A DNA stretch of 63,720 nucleotides, filler included, from Octopus bimaculoides (taxonomy: Eukaryota), in assembly GCF_001194135.2 (NCBI RefSeq). It is 7 parts of 7 records of this genome, joined end to end, with 100 filler letters (N's around TTAATTAATTAA, not from the genome) between each part and the next. Parts side by side here need not be neighbours in the genome. Positions count along the whole stretch, not along the records: positions 1 to 25,455 come from NC_069000.1; 6 more parts are not named here. One strand, written 5' to 3'. Under the pieces are notes generated by a model. That model had not been told where the DNA came from. It saw nothing but the letters and a program-made list of their open reading frames with translations, and made no database searches. A program made the translations under genes and the position numbers. This document shows, piece after piece, positions 13,381 to 24,384 of the stretch (position 1 is its first letter; every line of letters begins with the position of its first letter).

Positions 13381-13444
13381 ATGATGTAGACGCCTCTGAT
13401 GAGAATCTAGTAAGGTTCGAAAATCGATTAATGTTGTTCATCAT
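13381..13444 (+). ncRNA. Minimal type I hammerhead ribozyme candidate (Penelope/retrozyme type)
   Basis: CUGAUGA 13396-13402; 6-bp stem II (GAAUCU/AGGUUC); GAAA 13419-13422; palindromic stem III AAUCGAUU; UUA cleavage triplet. Stem I is weak proximally, with a distal AUGAUG/CAUCAU pairing. Confidence 0.5.
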
Positions 13445-13449
13445 TTTTT

Positions 13450-13623
13450 AGGCACGGGAGTGGCTGTGTGGTAAGTAGCTTGCTTACCAACCACATGGTT
13501 CTGGGTTCAGTCCAACTGCATGGCACCTTGGGCAAGTGTCTTCTACTATAGCCTCAGGCCGACCAAAGCCTTGTGAGTGGATTTGGGAGACGAAAACTGA
13601 AAGAAGCCTGTCGTATATATGTA

Positions 13624-13654
<31 letters not shown>

Positions 13655-13701
13655 NNNNNNNNNNNNNNNNNNNNNNNNNNNNNNNNNNNGTCGTATATAT
13701 G

Positions 13702-13734
<33 letters not shown>

Positions 13735-13942
13735 ATATGTTTGTGTGTCTGTGTTTGTTCCCCCAACATCGCTTGACAACCGTTGCTGGTGTGTTTACGT
13801 CTCCGAAACTTAGCGGTTCGGCAAAAGAGACGGATAGAATAAGTACTAGGCTTCCACAGAATAAGTCCTGGGGTCGATTTGCTCGACTAAAGGCGGTGCT
13901 CCAGCATGGCCACAGTCAAATGACTGAATCAAGTAAAAGAGT
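13450..13942 (+). mobile_element. tRNA-derived SINE family A
   Basis: Near-complete copy. Further copies or parts: 17418-17720, 20620-20790(-), 25560-25908(-), 31770-32105(-), 41904-42220, 45087-45464, 52327-52741. Confidence 0.85.
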
Positions 13943-14164
13943 ATAATAAAGGTAGTGTTTTGAATAGACAAACAATAAAGGTTTAAGATTCTGCCATTTT
14001 GTCACCAATGAAATGATTGGTTTCGAACTAATAAATAAGTAAAATGAAAGTTTAAGGAAAAGGATTTAATTGGTTTAGTCACCGCTGAAGACGTTGTCTT
14101 GGCATAGTACGGTGAATGATAAAAAAAAAATCGAATAGAATCTATATATTTTAAACAAGCTCAC

Positions 14165-14243
14165 CAGCCATAAGGAAGCGTTCTACAGCCGTCTGGAAAT
14201 TTTCCACTTGCTTCGAGTTGTTGCTTTGTAATCCGGAGTGAAT
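14165..14243 (-). CDS. Formin FH2 exon: IHSGLQSNNSKQVENFQTAVERFLMA
   Basis: CTCTTCACAG acceptor and GTGAGC donor; 79 nt, phase 0 to 1. Resembles FMN2 HMQPFKENMEQFIIQA. Confidence 0.88.
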
Positions 14244-15208
14244 CTGTGAAGAGAGGAACAAGAAGGATTTGAATTCATCAGTTCAAGGGTAATTTTGATG
14301 GTCTTCGAGACCCATCGTCCCCACATTAAAGGCTGAAACCGAAACTGTTGAGTTGAAATTTTATAAACCGATTGCTGGGATGAATATAAGTGAATGTGTC
14401 AAGTGGGGCTAAATTGATGGAATATGTCGTAATTAGTTCAAAAGTCAGCTCATGAAAGAATTCTGGAAATTAAATTGCAATGAAGAACAGGGAAGTTTCA
14501 AGCCTTTGTCATTTATCCGAGAGGGAGAGAAAGAGAGAGAGAAAGCGGTATTATTTTCGTCATAGGCTTTCTCTTCCTCTCTCCTCCAAAACTTCTAAAT
14601 GCTTGGTGCTTCACTCTTCAAGACAACTGAACTTTTACCAATGTAATCCATCACCGGTTTCCTTAGATGGCAGACAGATAGACAGAGACAACGACAGACT
14701 GACAGACAGACAGAGACACAGAGAAAGAGAGAGAGAGGGGGGAGAGGGAAACAGATAGACAGAGACAGACAGACAGACAGATAGACAGACAGAGAGAGAG
14801 AGAGAACTAGGCGTAGGTAGGAATTATTTGGTAAGGATAATGGAAGGAAATATTTTCAGAATGCGACGCTGGGATTGGAACTAACATGATGATAATCTTC
14901 AAGTGAGAGATGCTTTCGTTGTATGTACCTCGTATATAGGCAATAGGACATTAAGAAACATACATTCATATTGGTAACAGATCGTTGATGGTATATTGTC
15001 AGTCGCATGTAAAATGCATTGTAGATTCGCTTCGGGCACGTTCTAATTGCACTGTAAGCAGACTCTCTGTAAAAACACATGTTGGGTACAGTCTGGGTAG
15101 TTTGTAGCATATTGCGAACAACGTGGTTGCAGTAACATTTTAGATGCTACGTAGATACATTGTAAATATAAGGCAACGAGTAATTAGAATGGAGAGAGAG
15201 AAATATAC

Positions 15209-15277
15209 CTTATTGCGCATGTTAATCAGTTCGTTTTTCCATGAATAAAGATTTTTTGTCATATCATCGAAAGATAC
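15209..15277 (-). CDS. Formin FH2 exon: VSFDDMTKNLYSWKNELINMRNK
   Basis: CTATCTTCAG acceptor and AAG|GTATAT donor; 69 nt, phase 0 to 0. Resembles FMN2 MKFEDFQKDLRKLKKDL. Confidence 0.88.
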
Positions 15278-15387
15278 CTGAAGATAGAAAAAACACACAC
15301 ACACAAATATAGAAAGAATTAAAACATACATGCAAATACGCACACACTTAGTATGAACCACACACACACACACACACACACACATAC

Positions 15388-15434
<47 letters not shown>

Positions 15435-15644
15435 NNNNNNNNNNATTCTGCCGAGGTCGACTTTGCCTTTCATCCTTTCGGGGTCGATAAATTAAGTACC
15501 AGTTACGTACTGGGGTCGATGTAATCGGATTAATCCCTTTGTCTGTCCTTTTTTGTCCCCTCTGTGTTTAGCCTCTTGTGGGCAATAAAGAAATAAGATA
15601 GATAGATAGATAGATAGACAGATAGATAGATAGACAGATAGATA

Positions 15645-15928
15645 GTGCCACGTAAAAAGCACTGGTGCTGGTGCCACGGTAAAAGCACTGATGCTGGTGC
15701 CACGTAAAAAAGCCACTGCTGTTGGTGCGACGTAAAAATATCTAGTACACTGTGTAAAGTGGTTAGCGTTAGGAAGTGCATCCAGCTGTAGAAACCAAGC
15801 CAAAACAGACTATGGACCCTGATGCGGTCCCTGGCCTTACCGGCTTTTGTCAAGCTGTCCACCATCGTCGTCATCATCATCATCATCACCATCTTCATTT
15901 AATGTCCAGCATGGAAAACGGACGTTAA

Positions 15929-15978
<50 letters not shown>

Positions 15979-15990
15979 GATGATGACGAT
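15645..15990 (+). mobile_element. Dispersed repeat with a (GAT)n tail (RTE-type LINE 3' end or derived SINE)
   Basis: GTTAG..GGAAGGGCATCCAGCTGTAGAAAC...CATGGAAA.CGGACGTTAAATGATGATG recurs at 30055-30320 and 41633-41782. Confidence 0.6.
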
Positions 15991-16033
15991 GATGATGATG
16001 ATGAACAGAATGGATTTGAGGGTAGGAACTTAC

Positions 16034-16162
16034 CTGAGATGCCTGCCGAAGCATAGCTGGGTTGGGAAATGGAAACGCCTTCATTGAATAGAAATCAGGT
16101 GTGTTTTCGTACGTTTGGCAGTAAACCATTATTATGTGTTCTAATAAATTTCTTTTGTTAAA
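16034..16162 (-). CDS. Formin FH2 exon: FNKRNLLEHIIMVYCQTYENTPDFYSMKAFPFPNPAMLRQASQ
   Basis: TTCTCTGCAG acceptor and CAG|GTAAGT donor; 129 nt. FPFPNP..L.QASQ matches the FMN-subtype FPLPEPQDLFQASQ. Confidence 0.92.
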
Positions 16163-16616
16163 CTGCAGAGAAAAGAAAACAGACCAAAATAAGTAGATTG
16201 AAATTCAAAACTAAAATCTGGCTACAACTTTAGATAAATTTTCAATGAGAAATTCCTCATTTTTGATCCAATTGTCTTTAAAAGCAAAAGTGGGGACTTC
16301 TTTTTTTATTGGGTTGTTACATAAATTCGTTACTTTTCTTTTGTTTATTCTGTGTGTGTGTGTGTGTGTGTTTGCCCCACACCACCGCTTGATAACCGGT
16401 GTTGATTTATTTACATGCTCGTAACTTAGTGGTTCGGTAAATGGCCCCGATAAAAAAAAAGTTCCTAGCTATAAATCAATAAGAACTGGAAGGGATTTCT
16501 TCAACTAGACGGTACTCCAGCATGGCCGCAGTCCAATGACTGAGACAAATAAATAAGTCAACGACAAAAGATAAATGATAAAAGATGGAAGGTGTTTTAT
16601 TTTATTTATTACTTAC

Positions 16617-16746
16617 TTTTGCGAAAATATCTTTGAGATTTGAAAGAATGTCTAACTGGAAGCCATTTGCTTGACCGAGACAAGAACCTCTGTTGAGATA
16701 GTTTCCAACGCTTACAATGGCACTCAGAAGATTCTTCAATGGTAAA
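16617..16746 (-). CDS. Formin FH2 post exon: (S)LPLKNLLSAIVSVGNYLNRGSCLGQANGFQLDILSNLKDIFAK
   Basis: CTTTTTCAG acceptor and GTAAGT donor; 130 nt, phase 2 to 0. Contains the diagnostic GNYLN...GQAxGF.L..L..L.D motif of FH2 domains. Confidence 0.95.
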
Positions 16747-16887
16747 CTGAAAAAGACAATGGGAATGGATGAATGGTTAATACGAACACAAGAATAAGCT
16801 GCTCCAACAATTTCACTAACATTTCTAAATTAAACAAGAATTTCGAAAGATTTACTGAAATCACTCAAAAGCATTTCGTTTACGGGT

Positions 16888-16929
<42 letters not shown>

Positions 16930-17455
16930 NNNNNNNNNNNNNNNNNNNNNNNNNNNNNNNNNNNNNNNNNNNNNNNNNNNNNNNNNNNNNNNNNNNNNNN
17001 NNNNNNNNNNNNNNNNNNNNNNNNNNNNNNNAATTTTTTTTTTAATCGTTCCGATCACTGGACTGTAGTCATGCTGGGGCACAGCCTTGAAGGGTTTTAG
17101 TCGAACAAATCGATACCCAGTAATTATGTGGGTTTTTTTTTTCTTTTAAGTCTGGACCTTAGTCCCTTTTGCTGAACCACTTTGTTACGGGGACATCGAC
17201 AAATCAACGGGTTGGGGAATAGACACACACACTCACATTAATGATTGCAGATTCAGTACTACACCTGAATAAGGATCTACTTTTGGATGTTGCTGGAAAT
17301 TTAATGATATACGTACGTTATTTCCACAACAACCCCACTCAATACTTCATTTCAAAAGTCTGCGTTATCAATAAACCCTGAGTCGTTAGCGAACACTTCA
17401 GGAATTTTAATATAGAAAGGCGCAGGCGTGGCTGTGTACTAAGAAGATTGCTTCC

Positions 17456-17491
<36 letters not shown>

Positions 17492-18589
17492 GTGTGTGTG
17501 CGCGCGCGCTTGTCCCCACCGCCACCACCACCGCTTGGCAACCGGTGTTGGTGTGCTTACGTTCCCCATAAATTAGCGGTTCCAGAAAAGTGACTGATAG
17601 AATAAGTTCCAGGCTTTAAAGAAAGCATGTACTGGGGGTGATTCACTTGACAAAAATACTTTCGAAGGCGTTGCTCCAGCATGGTCGCAGTCGAATGACT
17701 AAAACATGTAAAAGATAAAAAATAAAAGGTATTTCCGACTAGATTATTTATAACAGATTTCGAGTGGTTAGACAACCTGTGAATGTAATGCAGATGTTCA
17801 TTAGGTTCACGGTAAGGATAGATTAAGCCAGTGATAACATCAAGAGATACACTGAGAAATGTAAACTTAGAGATCATTTCTAAATAAATACAAATATCAA
17901 AGTCTTTAAAGAGTTCGTGTAATCCTTAAGTAGCCTTCTGAAGATTAAGTAGTTAAAATTAGTGACAGTAAGAGCATTGTTTCGGCATAAACTTCCGCTA
18001 AAACCTCGAATTTATCTTTTAACTGGTACAATATAAGTAGTCCAGCACATACATACATACATACATACATACATACATACATACATACATACATACATAC
18101 ATCGCATCACAAGTAATTAGCTTATTTGATTTTTCTCCATCCATTAATTCAAGAGTTAACCTTTGCTGCATTTCTCATAGCTATACTGAAGAGCTCTAAT
18201 AAAGCCTAAACGTGTCTAAAGTTGTCACCGCACTTTCCTTGCTCCACACTGACATTTTTAAATCTATTTGAAGTATGTGATTGCCTTCTTTGCTTCAATA
18301 CATACGTTATTTGCCTTTCTTCATATGTAATCATCAACATTAATCAATTTTCTCATCATTACTGATCTAATTAAAATTGATTAAATATTTTGTTGTTCCT
18401 GTACAAACATAATCCTTGCTAGACTTATCCTATGAAAGTTTAGTGTTTTCGACCACGGACACAATGCGTTGACTGGTGCAGCATGCGAATTTTTGATCCC
18501 TTGGTCCGTTCGTGGGTACCGGACTCTGTCAGACATGCTAGTTGTAAGTCCACTGGATATTACTGTCCCGAGATAGGGACTCATAGGGC

Positions 18590-18810
18590 CGGTTACCTGA
18601 TTTCCAAGATGCATAAGTGACCACGATCACAACATACCCGCTGAACGAGACACCCGTCCGACGCAGGGGACAACCATTTAGAGCTGAGTGGAACGGGACT
18701 GGAGCAATGTGAAACGAAGTGTTTTGCTCATGGACACGACTTTGGGGGTCGAAACCACGATTTTGCGATCGTGAACGCGACGCTCTAACCACTAGACCGC
18801 GCGCAATCAC
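18590..18810 (-). mobile_element. tRNA-derived SINE family C with a conserved central domain
   Basis: Head GCGCGCGGTCTAGTGGTTAGAGCG...GGTTTCGACCCC, then GAGCAAAACACTTC.TTTCACATTGCTCCAGT. Related copies at 28043-28305(-), 44190-44520(-) and 53544-53770(+). Confidence 0.7.
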
Positions 18811-18917
18811 CAAGCAAATACCCTCTCTTTAGAAATGAGACAGTTCTTATAGTTTCTCAATCGTTTTCTTTAAATACAGAGCAAGGAGTTTTGAAGGAAT
18901 GTTTTTTAGTCTCATAC

Positions 18918-18966
18918 CTGTTATATAATTCATCACAGGCGGCGTGTACGGCTCGTAGGCGTTGGT
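18918..18966 (-). CDS. Formin FH2 exon: (D)QRLRAVHAACDELYN(S)
   Basis: TTCTTTTCCAG acceptor and AG|GTATGA donor; 49 nt, phase 1 to 2. Gives the canonical L..V..AC.EL..S..L..LL helix. Confidence 0.9.
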
Positions 18967-19231
18967 CTGGAAAAGAAAGAAACAATCGTAAAACAGTCGC
19001 ATGTGATTGATATAATAATTTGTTTATAATTGAGGAACATGAACAGCATCTTTGAGGACAAGAGATTAATTAATATAATCGACCCTGGGATATGACTCGT
19101 AGTATATTTTATCGACCTCGAAAGGATAAAAAGCAATGCTGATCACGGCGGGATTTGAACGTGAAGAGACGGAGTGCTGTGAGTATTTTTGTTCTATGTA
19201 CTGACGATTCCGCACACTTGTCGCCTTATTG

Positions 19232-19282
<51 letters not shown>

Positions 19283-19454
19283 ACATACACGCAAAAGTAT
19301 ACTGACATGCATACAAACACATACACATACATACATACATACATACATACAGACACATACACACATATATACATATATACGTACATGCATACATGTATGC
19401 ATACATACATGCATACATACATACATACATACATACATACATACATACATACAT

Positions 19455-19575
19455 ACAAAAATACCCTGCTGTTGATGTTGAAATTACAGTGAAGGGACCT
19501 TGGATCTAGGTTAGAAACCGGTTCTTTCTCTATTAGCAAGAAATCATGAAATAAACTGAATAATGACATACATAC
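19455..19575 (+). mobile_element. Extremely 5'-truncated 3' end of the (CATA)n-associated R4-like LINE
   Basis: CCTGCTGTTGATGTTGAAATT...AGAAATC.TGAAATAAACTGAATAATGA matches the 3' UTR copies at 26290-26600(-); embedded in (CATA)n on both sides. Confidence 0.6.
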
Positions 19576-19764
19576 ATGCATACATACATACATACATACG
19601 TACATACATACATACATACATACTTACATACATACATACATACGTACATACATACACAGATGCATGAACGGTGGAGATCCTATCAGAAAATAATAATTGT
19701 AAATAACTCTAACGACAATAACAACAGCAACAGTAACAATGCGTGGCGAAGGCCACATACTAAC

Positions 19765-19881
19765 CTGTTTCAAACATTTCTGCCAGTAGTCTTAATTTGA
19801 AGCGTAGAAAATCTAATCTTTCACGTAACAATTCCATACTTGAAAGTTCCGACATGAGGTAATCAGAGCAGTTGATTGGTG
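19765..19881 (-). CDS. Formin FH2 exon: (S)PINCSDYLMSELSSMELLRERLDFLRFKLRLLAEMFET
   Basis: TTTATTTCAG acceptor and CAG|GTTAGT donor; 117 nt, phase 1 to 1. Matches the FH2 coiled-coil EL..I..L.ERL..L.F pattern. Confidence 0.9.
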
Positions 19882-20895
19882 CTGAAATAAATAACATCAT
19901 TTTAAAGTTATCTCTACAGACACTCTATAGAATTTAGAGTATGCACAGAAAGTTACGATGTTTCGTATACGAATACGTATATATATATATATATATATNN
20001 NNNNNNNNNNNNNNNNNNNNNNNNNNNNNNNNNNNNNNNNNNNNNNNNNNNNNNNNNNNNNNNNNNNNNNNNNNNNNNNNNNNNNNNNNNNNNNNNNNNN
20101 NNNNNNNNNNNNNNNNNNNNNNNNNNNNNNNNNNNNNNNNNNNNNNNNNNNNNNNNNNNNNNNNNNNNNNNNNNNNNNNNNNNNNNNNNNNNNNNNNNNN
20201 NNNNNNNNNNNNNNNNNNNNNNNNNNNNNNNNNNNNNNNNNNNNNNNNNNNNNNNNNNNNNNNNNNNNNNNNNNNNNNNNNNNNNNNNNNNNNNNNNNNN
20301 NNNNNNNNNNNNNNNNNNNNNNNNNNNNNNNNNNNNNNNNNNNNNNNNNNNNNNNNNNNNNNNNNNNNNNNNNNNNNNNNNNNNNNNNNNNNNNNNNNNN
20401 NNNNNNNNNNNNNNNNNNNNNNNNNNNNNNNNNNNNNNNNNNNNNNNNNNNNNNNNNNNNNNNNNNNNTATATATATATATATATATATATATATTATGC
20501 TCTCGTCCCTTTTTGTCGAAGAGCGTGGGTTCGAAACATCAAAGACTTTTCCATGATTCCCAGCATCAAACTAATACACCTGCTTCGTCTCACCTGTCTT
20601 CGTCTTTTGTTTTCTATAAATTTGAAGAATATAAATATATGTGGGACGGGTTTCTTTCAGTTTCCATCTATCAAATCCAATCACAAGTCGGCTTGGGGCT
20701 AGAGTAGAAGACTCTAGCCAAGGTGCCACGTAGTCGGACTGAACCCGGAACCATGTGGTTTGGAAGTAAACTTCTTACCACACAGTCATGTTATATGTTT
20801 ACATGTAAGACCTGTCTCAACATATCACATATAACAATGAAACAGTATAATGAATAACGGTTAGAGAAAAGAATCCAGTATGTAAAGCTACTTAC

Positions 20896-20975
20896 AATTG
20901 GACATTTGTCTGTCTCTTCTGTTAATTTGTTCAGGGTCTCTTCCAGTTGACATTAGGTGAAAAAGCTCAGCTAAA
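20896..20975 (-). CDS. Formin FH2 exon: (S)LAELFHLMSTGRDPEQINRRDRQMSN
   Basis: TTATTTTGCAG acceptor and GTAAGT donor; 80 nt, phase 2 to 1, compatible with both neighbours. Confidence 0.87.
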
Positions 20976-21513
20976 CTGCAAAATAAGATTACAACTGTTT
21001 AAATTTAATCAGTATAAGGATTCTACGTGGTCGTTACACCTACCTAAAATGGTAGCAAATTCTCCAACGAATTCCAACTTGGCGTCTTATGAAAAGGAAA
21101 AAAAAAGTAAAGTGGAAATGATAAGAAAGTCGTTGTAGGGATATCTTTGATTATAAATGTTTGTTCGATCAGGCTCAAGTTGGGTGCAATAGTAACAATG
21201 GGGATGACAAGGAAGATTAAAATAAACCTAGATGACAATGAATTTCAACTAATTAACGTTAGTTGTTTGACTTTGACTAATTAGTGCCAGCTGTTGGATT
21301 TCGACCAATTAACGTCAGTTGTTCGATTCCGACCTGTTAGTGTCAGTTGATCTATCAACTAGATGACCTACTCCCTAAATATAAATGTGATATATGTGAG
21401 CATGCGTGTGTGTCCACGTGTATGTATGTATGTATGTATGTATGTGTACATGTAAGAGACAAGGAGAGAGCAGCTTGCTTGTATTGTCTAGTTTGGGTAA
21501 AGAATGAAATTAC

Positions 21514-21650
21514 CTGATAGGATTTGCGAACCGTAGGGTCTCTATGGATAGAGTCAACAAAGCTTGGACTACGTCCCCATAGGTACACTTAATTTGTTTC
21601 ATGTGTAGGACCATTTCTTGATTCTTCACCGGATCCAAGTTTGAGCTCAA
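21514..21650 (-). CDS. Formin FH2 knob exon: LSSNLDPVKNQEMVLHMKQIKCTYGDVVQALLTLSIETLRFANPI
   Basis: ATCTTACAG acceptor and CAG|GTAATT donor; 137 nt, phase 0 to 2. Aligns without gaps to FMN2 [31 protein letters not shown]. Confidence 0.9.
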
Positions 21651-21715
21651 CTGTAAGATTAATATATGGACAGTGAAAATATATATATATATAGACAATT
21701 TTCAACTCTAATATG

Positions 21716-22202
21716 TACCGTAATATCAGCGTTTTACGGTAATATCAGCGCCAAGCAGTGTTTCGGCATAAGCGAACTTTAGGTTAGTTAAAATATGTTT
21801 ATGACATATTTTAACTGCAGTTGATGTGGAGAAAAATTTCTCTACTTGACGCTGATATTACGGTAATTTCCACGACCTCAGCGGTTTACTGGCGCAAATC
21901 AGTCAATGGTGTTCACTGTATTTTAGCTAAAGACATGGCTTTGATAAGGTCTGTTCAGAGTTTCCTCTCTTAGGCATTTCCCATTGACAAACAGCTAAAC
22001 AGCTAGAAACATCAATATTTGGGAATCCGACAGGAGACGACACTGGACAGATATGGTGTTTTTACACCTTTTTACCACAAGAGAGAATTTTTCGCCACGT
22101 AACTGGATTTGCCTTTTAGCAGTTGAAATATGTCACAAATATTATTAAGTAACATAAAAGTCGCTTGCGCCTAAAAACTGCTTGGCGCTGATTTTACGGT
22201 TA
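21716..22202. mobile_element. Nested TA-flanked MITE with long TIRs
   Basis: Perfect 17-bp inverted pair TACCGTAATATCAGCGT at 21716-21732 and 21849-21865, plus an ~90-bp imperfect inverted arm at ~22110-22200. Related sequence at 57120-57170 and 57715-57851. Confidence 0.65.
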
Positions 22203-22363
22203 TAGACAGACAGACAGACAGACAGACAAACGGACGGACGAACGAACGGACGGACAGACGGACGGACGTTCAGACAGACGGACGAACGAACGTTCAGACA
22301 GACAGATAGACGGACGGACGGTCAGACTGACAAACTCATAGATAGATAGATAGATAGATAGGC

Positions 22364-22440
<77 letters not shown>

Positions 22441-22488
22441 TACATACATACATACATACATACATACATACATACATACATACGTATG

Positions 22489-22517
<29 letters not shown>
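22203..22517. repeat. Compound tetranucleotide microsatellite (AGAC/GGAC/GATA/CATA then TATG)
   Basis: Directly visible; (CATA)n is followed immediately by its reverse complement (TATG)n at ~22480. Confidence 0.95.
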
Positions 22518-22520
<3 letters not shown>

Positions 22521-23568
22521 AGGATCAAAAATCTTACTGATATTTCAAAATTTCAGCTTTTGCATTCTACAGCTGTTTCCACAGCTAAAATATTAACATC
22601 GTTGTCTATATAATCATTACATACATACAATTAAGTAAAAAAAAAAGTATATTATGTAGTAGAAGAAGAAGAAGAAGAAGAAGAAGAAGAAGAAGAAGAA
22701 GAAGAAGAAGAAGAAGAAGNNNNNNNNNNNNNNNNNNNNNNNNNNNNNNNNNNNNNNNNNNNNNNNNNNNNNNNNNNNNNNNNNNNNNNNNNNNNNNNNN
22801 NNNNNNNNNNNNNNNNNNNNNNNNNNNNNNNNNNNNNNNNNNNNNNNNNNNNNNNNNNNNNNNNNNNNNNNNNNNNNNNNNNNNNNNNNNNNNNNNNNNN
22901 NNNNNNNNNNNNNNNNNNNNNNNNNNNNNNNNNNNNNNNNNNNNNNNNNNNNNNNNNNNNNNNNNNNNNNNNNNNNNNNNNNNNNNNNNNNNNNNNNNNN
23001 NNNNNNNNNNNNNNNNNNNNNNNNNNNNNNNNNNNNNNNNNNNNNNNNNNNNNNNNNNNNNNNNNNNNNNNNNNNNNNNNNNNNNNNNNNNNNNNNNNNN
23101 NNNNNNNNNNNNNNNNNNNNNNNNNNNNNNNNNNNNNNNNNNNNNNNNNNNNNNNNNNNNNNNNNNNNNNNNNNNNNNNNNNNNNNNNNNNNNNNNNNNN
23201 NNNNNNNNNNNNNNNNNNNNNNNNNNNNNNNNNNNNNNNNNCATAGCAACGGGAGAAATACCACTAAGCATTTCGTCCAGTGCGCTAACGATTCTGCCAG
23301 CTCGCCGTCTTAATAATAATAAGAAGAAGAATAATAATATTTCTACTCTAGGCAGAAGGCCTTGAAAATTTGGGGAGAGGGGGGGATAGTCGATTGCATC
23401 GACTCCAGTGCGTAACTGGTACTTTTTTCATCGACCCCCAAAAGGATGAAAAGGTAAAATCGATCTCGGCGAAATTTGAACTCAGAACGTAGCGCTGGGC
23501 GAAATCCCGCTTAGCATTTCAGTCGGAGTGCTAACCATTCTGCCAGCTCACCGCCCTAAAAGTTAAAC

Positions 23569-23614
<46 letters not shown>

Positions 23615-23816
23615 TCATTACAATTTTGGCACACGAGCAGCAATTTTGATTACATAGAAGCCAGGTATTTGGTCGGTATTTATTTTATCGACCCCCGAGA
23701 AGATAAAAGGCAAATATATGTGAATATGTGTGTAAGCATAAGTAATAAAGGTTTCAGCAGAGTTTTTTTTTTTATCACAAAGGGAAATACACAATATAGA
23801 GAAGTGCTATAGTTAC

Positions 23817-23856
23817 CTATCGATTTCACAAGTGTCGACTTCTGTTTCCACCAATG
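23817..23856 (-). CDS. Formin FH2 lasso exon, partial: LVETEVDTCEID(R/S)
   Basis: AG|GTAACT donor. The 5' part lies in the 23857-23897 gap, which is preceded on the minus strand by a long poly-T tract. Fits the lasso W..L.E..LD..E.E.LF. A phase 2 to 0 exon is missing between this and 21650, probably in gap 22720-23241. Confidence 0.65.
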
Positions 23857-24352
23857 NNNNNNNNNNNNNNNNNNNNNNNNNNNNNNNNNNNNNNNNNAAA
23901 AAAAAAAAAAAAAAAGAAAAAGAAAAGAAAATCAACAACAACAATAATAATAATGATAACAATTGAGAAAATACTTTTATGGTTACTAAGGACGACGACG
24001 ACGACGACGACGAGAAGAACAACAGCAAAAATGTGCAGCAACAGGTAAATAAAACTTGCAGGTACGGACTGAAGAAACGCTTTGTAACGTGACACAGAAG
24101 CTCGGAAACATGAGTCGGCAACAAAATTTTAGATACTGGGCCAATAGGTGACCCTCCCTGATAGAAATAGNNNNNNNNNNNNNNNNNNNNNNNNNNNNNN
24201 NNNNNNNNNNNNNNNNNNNNNNNNNNNNNNNNNNNNNNNNNNNNNNNNNNNNNNNNNNNNNNNNNNNNNNNNNNNNNNNNNNNNNNNNNNNNNNNNNNNN
24301 NNNNNNNNNNNNNNNNNNNNNNNNNNNNNNNNNNNNNNNNNNNNNNNNNNNN

Positions 24353-24384
24353 TAGGGTTAGAGTTAGGGTTAGGGTTAGGGTTA
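24353..24384 (+). repeat. Short interstitial (TTAGGG)n tract at a gap edge
   Basis: TAGGGTTAGAGTTAGGGTTAGGGTTAGGGTTA; its true length is hidden by the N gap. Confidence 0.8.

Noticed and set aside
14964-15066. Exon-like segment ESAYSAIRTCPKRIY...NMN with AG/GT ends
   Set aside because: Its phase-2 start is incompatible with the phase-0 end of exon 15209-15277, and the FH2 alignment is complete without it.
17786-17879. Possible formin exon (MISKFTFL...HYIH)
   Set aside because: Weak donor and no FH2 similarity; exon 18918-18966 fills this position.
19066-19800. MYVC/HTYI-repeat ORFs and CRISPR-like periodicity
   Set aside because: Simple (CATA)/(CA) microsatellites with no unique spacers; no CRISPR array, rRNA or genuine tRNA gene was found (the tRNA-like segments are SINE heads).
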